From Fimbriosthenelais zetlandica (lineage: Eukaryota): a stretch of 64,000 nucleotides of DNA. The translations under genes were made by a program, and so were the position numbers. Shown here in pieces: positions 24,301 through 36,300 of the stretch. Location: positions 3,038,001 to 3,102,000 of the forward strand of contig OZ365117.1 of the NCBI GenBank assembly GCA_977030845.1, written 5' to 3'. Under the pieces are notes generated by a model that saw only the letters and a program-made list of their open reading frames with translations, was not told the origin of the DNA and ran no database searches. The stretch's first letter is position 1. Each line of letters opens with the position of its first letter.

Positions 24301-27300
24301 TCAGATAATTAGTTCTAATCTACAAGTGCGAAACTTAGTGCATATTACTTCATAAACTGATCTAATAAATTCTAGAAACAATATGTCATGCGCAAGGAAA
24401 TAAAATTCAAAATGTAATCAACAGCAAAATAATGATATATGTAAAAGCTTGTAACGCAAACAGGAAAGGATTTTGAAACAATAATATTGTACATAAAGAC
24501 TGAAAACAAAGACAGCGACGATTGAATCAAATAGTGGCACAATATAAAGACAAAAGTTCATCAATACAATGACAAAATAAAGTAAAACATGACAATGTAT
24601 AAATGTCAATACGGTCTCTTATACACTTGGGATATATGGAGAGGGAATGCACAAGTTGAATGTAGAAGTTGGATTTTGTCTGTCTATTTTTTTATGAGTA
24701 TTGGAAGCTGAAGGGTGAGACTTATTTTCTTATATGGAACAATGTTGTATAGACAGAGAACAAGGAGTTCCAAAGACGAAGCAGTCCATATACGTTGACA
24801 CAATAAAGACGAACAGTTCGAAAATAAATCAAAATCAAAAGCAATAATGCTCTCAAAATCACTCAAACTAAATAATTAGGAATGTAAAAAGTTTCAAAAA
24901 TAAAATTCAGAATCCTGTCAGGACTTTCCTGATATACACACAAACCTAGTTAATCCGGATGATTCGAGATCCGGACGCAATTTGATGGGAACCAAATCAT
25001 CTGAATTAACGGGGTCAGAATGTAAAATCTTGGAGAGTAAAGAAGGGAAAATGAGAGATGAAAGAAAGATGTACCTTAGACTAAATGACATACTTATGCT
25101 TATAGACATGAAAAGACATTCAAGCAACTGAAAAAAGACATCCAAACAGGCCAGAGATGGGCATAATGATAGAATGGTCCTTATCAGCAGTCCGGATGCA
25201 TCATTCATGTGTCATACCCTCTATTTTCACTTCAGCCTTCGTCTCGTCTTTGGGAAGTTTTGCGCTGATCTTGCAATCCGCAGGACAGTCCTTGATGGTC
25301 AGTATGTGCTTTTCACCCTTCTTCTCTATCGTCATATTCTTTCCCGGTTTCAGCGGTTTCCCATTTTGGAACCACTTTACCTCAGCGTTTTCCTTGTTCA
25401 CCTCGCACTCAAGTACTACAGTCTCTCCCTTTGTTATGTTACGGTTTGAGAGAGGGACTGTGAATTTGGCGTCGATCTCTGGAAATTGTTAAACCAAGCT
25501 ACACATTTTAGATTTAGGAAGTTTTTTATTTAAGCTCAATTGAGTTAAAAGTGTGTATTCATCAGAAATATGAAGCAAAATGAATACTGCAGGAAAGTAA
25601 CTGGAGTGTGGGTACCCTACAATAATTACTTAACATTTAAATGTATTTTATTGACACATTTTGTCATACAAAGATCCCAAATATTCAGTTCCACACAGTT
25701 GGTTCTGCAGTAATCAATTTCTTATATTTCCCAAACAGAATCTAATCTATCACATGTGAAGTGAACTTTTCAGATAGCTGTCAAATTGACATAGATATCT
25801 TAAATGTCTTTGTTAATCTCTAGGTTAGGTAGAGTAGTAGCAAGCAGTTAATGGGAGAGATCTAGATTAATTTTAAACTAATTCTTAACTGAGATCAATT
25901 CGACTTCAAAGTGACGCCTCGAAAACATTTCGGAATGAAAAATATTGGTAATACACTTTGAAAATGTTTATTTGATATTTCCGTCCTTACAAAATTAAAA
26001 AAAAACAATATGGAATGTTTATTGTGTTTCTTGGAGACATATTTATCACAGTATCCTCCAATTCCTGAAACTCTGGTCCTTCTTAAAGAAGTTTCCATCT
26101 TTAATAAATAATATCTGTTTAAACATCACTCAGTAGTAAGAGCAATAGCATCACAAAAACAAAAGTAAAGGTGGCAACACACCATGTTCTCTCATGTCAA
26201 AAAGCATGCGGTTGATTGTCATAAATAGTAATGTGTTCTTGTGAGTAACTGTCCACTGTGACATTACATGTACATGTCTTCTGGTTTTGCACAATGACGC
26301 AGGAGTAGGTTCCCGCGTCATCTAGCGTACAGTCTCTGACAGTGAGAATGTGTCTCTGACCATCCTTGTACAGTGACACCCTCTCATCAGCTGTGATCAT
26401 CCAGTCATCGTGAAACCACATGATGTCACCGTCACGGCTGTTAAGGCAGCATTCAAGGTCAAATGGGTCACCTTGAACAAGGTGAAGGTCATGCATTATA
26501 TTAGTGATGAGGAATTCTGCAATAGAAAACCTGGTTAGTTAGTTATGTGTGGGTTCTTTCTACGTTATATTTTTCAAGGCAAGGTTATTATCTTAACATG
26601 CAGTAGGATGATTAAACTTGTTTGTTAATACAATTTTTAGAAAGTGCGTCTATTATTTTCAATTGATTAAGTATGATGTATTGTTAGTAAGAACCAAGCA
26701 TCTAGCTACATGACAATGCATTGGCACAAAGGCTGTTCATGGCCAATTGTACAGCCATAAAGATTAGTTCTACAATGTCTTCTAAGACTAACGCCTAGAA
26801 AGGTTCTGCTGAAGACAAATCAACAATAGGTCTATGTCCCATCTTCAAATCTAAAAGACCTGAGAATAGGAATACATAATATACCCTGGAAAAAAGAGTG
26901 TTTAGGTAGAATTTGCTGAAAGAGGAAAGAGTTGCCTGCAAGAGAAATCTTTGATGATGTTAGAGTTGGATTAGAATTAAAATAAATGAAAACACTCACC
27001 GTCAACCGTGAGTTTGCCACTAGACTTGATATCTTCACATTTGAATGTGTATTCAGCCTGGCTGTTCACCTTGGCCTTCACAACGGTGAGGAAGTACTGG
27101 TTTCCTTCACACCGTATCTCAAATGCGTCGTCTGTTGGCTTGATTTCCTTTCCGTCCTTGAGGAAAGTGAATTTCTGGCTGGGTTTGTTTAGTTCTACGG
27201 TGAATGTGACAGTCTCCTTCTCGTTACATCTGATATCCTCCATGGGCTTCACCAGTTTCAGTGGCATGTCTGAGTAGAGAAAAAGTTTGAGTATTAAGTC

Positions 27301-30300
27301 TTGTTTCAGGTTTTCAATTAGAGCTTTTGTGGGTTGGGATAGTACATACTTTTCTAACGACAAAATTAATAGATTTCATTTAAGCAAAAGCATTTACTAA
27401 ATTCAAAAAAGTGTTGGTATTTATCTGCATAACCACATTTAACAGAAAATATATAGATTCTTATCACAAATAACATGAACTGGCATATATATGTCAATGA
27501 TAGACATCGTTTGTACATTCAATTGTGCAAGAGAATGTCATCATATTTAAGCATATCTTACAGCTTGTAAAAGGTCTAAGAGACAGAAACTGATCGTAAA
27601 GACAGAAGATTCAGATGTGGATTGCTGGTAGTTTGACAACCAATCGTGAATTCTCTGCGTTCTCCATTTCAGAGAAGAAGAAAAGAAAAAACAAGAAGGA
27701 GAGTGGAAGAAGAAGAGCAGCAGACAAGGTAAGTAGCCTAATGCCTTGTCTTTATATTGAGGGCCTACACATGAAATATCTCTAAGATGCCAGAGATGTA
27801 GTTTGGGTTTTAGCCCGACAGTCTCAATGATCTTTGAGCAATTTCAGGCAGATTTCATTGTTTCATTCCGGCAACAGAAATAGTGTGATCCATGCTGACG
27901 TAAATTACCCTTCACTGCCAACGTCGCTTCTGTCGTCTCCTGGCCAACCTTGGCCACATACTTGGCAGCTTGAGATTTAGTCGCACCACTTATGACAAGT
28001 TTGTGAACTGGTCCTTCCTGAATTATCTTCAGTTTCTTGCCAGTTCCTTTCAGTAACTTGCCATCTTTGTACCATTTGACCTGAGCGTCAGGTTGGTTCA
28101 CCTCGCATTGCATGGTTACATTCTCATCTATTACAACTGTCTGCTCACTCAGGGGGACAGTGAATTTAGGGGCCATCACTGAAAACCAGGGTTCCACAAA
28201 AGTTTTAGTCAAAACTACTAACATCTAATCATGTGTAGGTGGATAGACATCTGATTTTAAGAGTGCAGGTACTGATACAACATTAGAGGGAACATGAACA
28301 AAGTTCTAAGTGCATTGTACATGACTTTAGTGCAAGTATAGGAAGGAATTGAAAAGTAAATATGAACTTATAATGATTAGAACTTAGTTAAAGTTAAAAC
28401 AGTTAACAAAAACAACAACAAATTATGGATCTGTGTAGTTGTGTGACTAACTAGTTTAAACGGTATGAGATACTAGTGTGGAAAACATGAGGAAAACTCG
28501 TGTGAAAATCTACACTTTGTCCAAACTAACTTGGACTGAAACTACCATAGGAATGTACCCTGGTTTCGGTCCGAGTTAGCTTAGACAGTCTATAGTTAGT
28601 TAAGATTTTATCTGAGATGGAGACTGGGACACATACCTTCCACTAGGAGTTTGGCTGATGTCTTCTCATCATCGCGGAGTTTGGCTGTGAATTCTCCAGC
28701 ATCCTCCTTTGGTACATCCTTGATGATGAGGCGATGCACCAGGCCATCCACCTCGTACTTATACTGGTCTGAAGGTTTAAGTCTCTTACCCTTACGAAGG
28801 AAGACTACGTCAGCGTCAGGTTTAGACACTTCACATTCAAACACCACCGTATCATGCTCCTTAGTTGACTGATCGGTAAGCGGCTTTGTGAACACTGGTG
28901 GAAGTTCTGAAAATTCCATCAAGTAATATTGGTTTATAATAATACGATATTTTTCCTCAAAAAACCATGATGACCAAATTGCTTTTGAATACTATTCAAA
29001 CATACAAGTTTTAAAAGTAGATAATATTTCAAAACTAAGTGATTCTAATGAAAACACTTGTACTATGTTAACATTTCTATCGATAAACCTAATATGGGTA
29101 AGGGAGATTGAGTAGACAATAAAATATATTTAGACAGAAAATCTAGACTTAAGAAAAATCTAATAGTTCATCTTACTAGCAATTACTCTAACTAATAGAG
29201 AATTTCAGAAAGAAATCCATATGTTAGATAAGAGGATTTTGAAAGCTGACATCATTCTTGGTACTGGTATGTCTATCATTCTATCATACTCACTGACTCA
29301 GAAACCATTCTACTATATGGTCTATACTTTATCCTGTACTAAGTATTTCTTAACAAGACAAAAGTTTTTCTATTCATTATAATCTAGGGGACAACCAATG
29401 TGCTCAGGAAGTTTTCATAGGAGAATTTTTGGGGTAAGGTACAAGTTCTTACTTCCCAGATCTGGACGGAGGTATTAAGGAGTATTTAGAATGAATAATA
29501 TCAGAAGATTTATAAAGAAAATCATGGAATCTTGAAATTAAAGAAAAGTATTAAAACAATAAAGCAGGGAGGAATGGAGACACTTCTTGCCTTATTCCTT
29601 GCCTTAGTAGACAAAGTAATTCTATGGGTTGCCTACTATATTGACCAAAACAATTGAAGCTATACACTAAATTATAAACAAAAATATAAAACAAAAATAC
29701 TTAAAGACAAATTGTGTGTAGCACTTGAAAAAATATTCTACTCGCAGGAGAATTTTTCATGGGGCATGGGACATGAAAAATTGTACTGGTAAAGGCATAA
29801 AAACACCCAAAATAAAGGGGGGAAAAGACAATAAAATACCAAAAATTAAAACAAAAATTTGCGAGATGATATGGGAGAACCAAATCTAAAACAGGGACTC
29901 AAAATATTTCTCTTGATAATTCTAATAGTTATTTTAGTCCTTAAATAGCAGTAACCATTTTTAGAACCAAACTTTTGGGTTAACACATCTTAATTCGGTA
30001 CTCCCTTATCAAGGTTTCGAACAACATTCTTGCTGTCGGAACTGCAGTCAGGACCATAGCCAAAACCCGTGAATTTCTGACTATGGAACTAAGTGCACAA
30101 AGTAGCACAACTTGCAAGCATGCTATTCCGGATGCGCAAAGCTCCACCACTAAATGTAATAATAATAATGCACTTATGGCCTTAATGTCTAAGGGTCTAC
30201 CTTTGACAGTGAGGGCAGCCTCGCTGATGACGAGGCCTACTGTTACTTTATACAACCCCTCATCTGAGAGCACGGCGGATTTGATGTGAACTTTATGAAC

Positions 30301-33300
30301 GCAACCCTCGATGAGAACGTTTATCCTATCATCAGGCGCAACGTTACGGCCGTCCTTGAACCAATTCAAAACCACGTTTGGCTTGTTGACCTCTACTTCC
30401 AAGGTCACTGACTCGTTGGTCATCACTTCTTTAGCTTCAAGGGGCACTATGAATTCTATGGGGATTTCTGTGGGGCATAAAGGAGTAAAAGAACAAAAAT
30501 GTAACTCCAGTTGATTGTTTGTGTGTGTCTATGTAGCACAACCAACCGATTTTTGTTCATGGTTCATCATGTTATGATGTTATAGGTAATTATTTTTTTT
30601 GTGGATGGTGAAGTGAAACGACAGTTAGGAGTAAAACTACTGGTGGATATCCATAGATATGTGATAGAAGCATCTACTGAAAATGCAGTTTAACGTTCAC
30701 AAGAATGACTTCACGGCAATTAAAACAAATTCCAATTTTTATTTGCTGCAATCCTTTTTACAAAATTAAATTTGCCCACTTAAAAATATAAACCTTTTTG
30801 ACAAGCATTTCTGAAGTCATTCTTGTCCAATAATTGTATGTAAAACACTGACAGCCAAAATTAGCATAGACCTTCGTTTGAAACATTGATATTTCCAAGA
30901 TAAAATCAAATTGGATTCTTTTTGGACAAATTTGCTAGGCCTAACATGCGAAAGTTTTCACCTATGCTCATTCTGGCTCTGTAAGTTATGCCTCCTCTTT
31001 GAGGAGATAGAGAAACAAACTACCATTTCTATAGAAAAACAGTAACTTTTGAAAAGTAATTATTCTATTCTACACACTCTACAAAAGGTTAATCGAGTTT
31101 GTATCACATATATGATTCAGTAACTATAGAGTAAAATAGCAAAACCATCATTAAACAGTTTATTTTACACCTTTCCTTGCGAGCAAAACAGTGTGCATGT
31201 GCATGAAGGCCAGAGTTTTTTTTTGTAACTATGATATCCTGAAGTTTATATGCATTTCTCGGCCCCTATACAGGAGTGCATACGAGCATTACTCGCGTGG
31301 AAAGGGTGAACAATTCACGATGCAGTATTAAGGATGTCAGTAAAGTTGAGGTCCTACCTTCCACCTTGAGTTTAGCGGCGCTAGATTGATCGCCAATCTT
31401 AACGCAGTACTCAGCATCGTCATCTAGTGCGGCATCGTGGATCAACATCTTGTGATCGCATCCATCAACGAGTATCTAAAAAAATAGTCAACTTTGTTGT
31501 ACATTTATCTAATAAACACTAATGTCCATCCAATTCTCATCAAAGCAAGCCCTGATGAAGCCCCATATGACTGACCTTAATAAGGGCCCCACCTATTATA
31601 AAATCATAAAGCGCCTTCTACACTACACCGATCTGGGACCGATATCATTATCTTAATGATCTCATCAGATAAAATTGAAATAAGATTAGAAATCGGCATA
31701 ATGTGTATGGAGATCAGATCATGATCGGTGTACAGTGTGCATGTGATCTGACATGTCAGATCTGATGCGATTTGGAAGCAGATCTTGCACGTCAGATTTT
31801 GTTCTGATCAGATCATAAATCGGTATAGTGTAGAATGAGCTTAAAGCCCGATATCCACTGTACGATCTTTGAGGACACCGATTTTTGTGATCGGCAAAGA
31901 TCAAAACAAAATCTTTACGGATAGTTTCTCTATTGATTTACCATTGAAAAATCGGCGCCGATCCCAAGATTTTGGCATCCACCAGCCCGATAATCGGAAC
32001 GGATCTTCTTTGTGGGTCCCGATCGCCTAAGATCGCAAAATCGGGATGAAAATCGTACAGTGGATGTCGGGCTTAAGTTAAAGGCCTGACTCACCTTAAT
32101 ACGGGCATCTACACTGACCATCTCCTGGCCGTCCTTGTACCATGTGACCTCCCTGTTAGGCTTGCTGACAGAGCAGGCCATGGTCACCTCGTCATGTTCC
32201 TTCACCACCTGGTCCTTCAGTGGCATGGTGAACACGACTGGCTCCTCTGTTACCGTAACAACAAACATAACGTTACCACCGAGTATCAACTAGTTAATGT
32301 ACAGCGCAAAAACTTAAAATGCATTTAACAACAGTGGGGGAAAATGTTGATCTTGGCCAAATTCTTGTCTGGGGTGCATTATACCAAGGCCAACATCAAC
32401 ATCTTGACCACTTATGTTTAATGCCAATATATACACATGATGGATAATTGTTGATAGAGGATCATTTGTCTCAGATTTACTCAATTTATCCATTACACGT
32501 GAAGTCGCGCTAACATTTATAACATAAAAGTTGCGTATAATGGCACAAGATTGCACATGAATGCGGGACAAAACATGATAGAACCAAAGTACAGGAGTTT
32601 ACATCAATTAAAATAAATGGGTTCTTATATCAATGAAGATTTTTCCAAATTATAAATCGGAAAAATGTAAGGAGGTCAGAGAGAATTTGTTGAAGTCAAA
32701 ATAAAATTTCTCTTACCACTCTAATTTTGGAGAGGAAGTGTGAAATATTTTGAACGTATTAGTCCAAGTAAACGGTTAATATGAACTAGAAGTTTGGCTG
32801 GTGGAATAGTATTTCAAGTGGAAAATTTTTAGAAGCACGTGAATTTCAATTTCATGAGTAGAATAACCGGTGCTATCTAATCTATGTATAAAGGGAAGGG
32901 TGAAGTGATCATTACTGAACTGTATGGCGGTGTGATTTGGAAAATATTTGGGTGGTTAATTGGTTTACTCAACTGGTACAATAAATGTTATTACAAAATG
33001 TTAAAGACGTGATAACTACATGTAAAATAGGAAGATATAACGAAGGGACAGGAACGGTACGCGACAAATTGGACAACTATGAAAAACGGTGTCAAAGATC
33101 TAAAAGGACAAAAACAACAACCAAAAGGTTTATATAACCAAGGCGATGGTTATATTCCTTTTGTCACAAAAAACAAATCACTAATCACTACTAAGATGTG
33201 ATGGACTGAGCAAGCGCCCAGATATGGCCAGAGATATTTTGTCAATATATGATGAAGATTACCATCCTAGTTTGATAATACAAACTTACTGCTTTCCACA

Positions 33301-36300
33301 TAATTGGGCCAGTCAATATCAAAGGACAGCCATGAATTATGAATTAACTGGCCTGATTGTATAAAAACGCTTTAGTCTATGGTTATACAATGGCCAGAAT
33401 GTCTTTAAGATATTTCAGGACATTGATTTAACAGAAGTATTTGGCCCAGGCGGGAGGAATACATTATTTATGGACGGTTTCTTCATGTATAATTATATCA
33501 AAGTATCTCTGTCATTCCATGACATCTAACAATGTATATAACAAGCATGGTTGTCGTAGCGCATGTCGCAGCGTACCCAGGACAGTGAGTTTCCCACTCG
33601 TTTTCTTTCTGCCGCACACAGCTGTGTACTTAGCAGTATTCATCAAAGCTGCATCGCTTATGATCAACTTATGTACCACACCCTCTTTGACAAGTTTCAA
33701 TTTTTTCCCTGTGGCTTTTAAAGGTTTGCCATTTTTGTACCAGTCTACTTTAGCAGTAGGCCGACTAACTTCACAAGTCATAGTGATATCTGCAGTTTCA
33801 AAGATAGTTGCGTCAGAGAGGGTTTTGGTAAATTTAGCAGGTGGTTCTGGAAAAAAAAGACACCAGACAGAGGCATGAATAAGAATCAGAAAGCTGAGTA
33901 GCTTTGAAGCTCATATTTTCTGAATCTTATTCATGGATTAGGAAAGAACATTAAAGGAAGCATTAAAGTTTCTTCCTTTATTTGTTCTTAATAGTCTTAA
34001 GATCATCTAGATCAGAAACATCATCTAGATTAACTTAGCCATAGAGAGAGAGCGCCAGAGATAAGAGAAAGAGAGACTGACAGAATAAGCATAAAGGCAT
34101 AGGAAAGACATCCATGCGTAGAGTCCTTATATCTGCATTGACGTAGATAACTGGCATGAAATATATTGACATTTACATGCAGTAACAAGGTTCAATATGT
34201 ATCATGAACATTCTTATACATACTAGAGCATTCTTATGCGCAATATATAGTCTCATTCTATAGCTATTTCAATATCTAATTGGATAGCTAATTGAACAAT
34301 GAACATAACAAGAATGATTCACATAGTATTCAGAATAAAGCAAACATATATATATATATATGCAGTTCTATTACATTAACTAAATACCTTGTGAAGACAT
34401 ATACAACTAAACTATATACTTTTACTATTAGAATTAAAGGGGAGGAACTAAGGGAGGTGGGCCTACCTTCAACAATAAGGTTGGCTGCCGATTTATCTCC
34501 TTCTATTTTGGCAACCACAGGAGCGGAGTCGGCCAACAGACAATCTTTGATGATCAGGCGATGGACGGCTCCTTCATCGACGATCTCATATTTGTCGCTT
34601 GCTTTGACAGGCTTGCCGTCCACCATCCATTTCACCTTGCCCGGCTTGTTCAGTTCACACTCGAAGACTGCTTCTTTGTGCTCCAGAAGATTGACTTGTT
34701 TGATGGGCTTAACAAATGCCAGTGGTTTTTCTGCAGGCCGAAATAGAATTCATTAAGATAAACAGTCCTATTAAATTAATTCCTTTATTAATAATAAAAT
34801 TATAGCAAAAGTAGCATTCAAAATTAAGAGTTTGAACTAGGTTCTAAGCATTTTAAGACTTAAACTGCACAAAGAAGAAAGTAAAGAATAATTTGAACTG
34901 TAGATGTCCCTTGCATTCAATCGCTAGCAGAAGATAAATTATAAATAAATAAGAGATGAATTCATGACAGTAAGAATGCTTTAAATACAAGCAGCGCGCA
35001 AATAAAAGAAGTAGATAATACATACAGCTAAACAAAGATATAAATCAAGCTGAATTTGTATCTCAATAAACATAAGTCAATGTCATTCAATGCGCAACAA
35101 AGACGGCAGCTGGCGCACATCATTTCATTTTGAACCAAATAGAACTAAGTTTGCAACAATCATTGCTGATCAACATAAATAAAATGAATAATAAGTGAAT
35201 ATATGTGGTTAGACTGACCTGCTGTAGCCTTCACATAGATTCTCTCACTCCTCCTGTATCTCTTACTCCTACTCTACAGTTTTACTTTGTTATATTGATA
35301 TATAGAAGGTTGTCTTACCTCTCAATCGACCACACATGTACTCAGGATACTTTAAATTAAGTCTCTTAATCCATTTAGGTTATTCAGAAGATTAGAAATT
35401 GATCACTCGTCAGTGATGAAGATTGCTAAGGGTTTGCTATATTGTTACCTAGAATGAATGGTTCTTATCCAAGAGTTGAGGGAAGTTTGTCAACGTTATT
35501 CATCTGCAACAACTTGATTTACAACTTTATGGAAATTCAAAGGGGTTTAAAACTAATCAGAAAAGGGCCTTAGGTATTTTAGACAAAGTTGAACGAATAA
35601 GAACTTTTTATGACTAAAAGTTTTTATCTAGGCTTACCTGTGATCATTCGAGTAGAAGTCTCCATTCTTATGTCTGCTGACCAAACTTTGTTGTTGTGGT
35701 TAACAAAAGTGACACCTTTATCCCCCACAAGACTTTGCATAGACAAAACATAGGCCATACAAATCAGGTAATATATATGCCACTAGAGGGCAAAGCGAAA
35801 TAAATATTGTCAATGAAAATATAGATGAACTAAAGAATGAAAATGAGATTCCAACAGGTGAACTTAAAAGGTGGAAAGTTGTATGAGAACTGAGGAAGAC
35901 TCAATAACAAAAGCAGAGAAAAAGGGAGAGAAAATGAAAATAAAAAGATTGAAAGAGGAACTTAGAGAGAAATGTGACGACGAGGAAGAAGAGACTGAAC
36001 ATGCAGTACTGGTGACTGTAAATTAAGAATACATAAATAAGAAAGGAAGCAGTACTGAAAGGACAAATAAGGAAACATAGAGGGGCATGACTTGCCAATG
36101 GAAATAGTGAGGGAAGTGTTTTGTTGAACCTTGAATGAGAAACATTCTGACCAGTATATGCATGTAAAAAACATCAACTTAAATATCCTGAATCTGGATG
36201 CAAAATAAACAAAATAAAAGTTCCAGTTAACTACCAAAAAGTAAATTGTATAAAATTATACAGCCAAATGAAACTGTCGATAGATTTGAAAAGAGATTGA

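Noticed and set aside
24918-25208. Overlapping short ORFs on both strands
   Set aside because: No homology cues or phase-compatible splice sites.
35883-36026. 47-aa charged plus-strand ORF (MRTEEDSITK...)
   Set aside because: Explained by a purine-rich tract; no convincing splice or promoter context.
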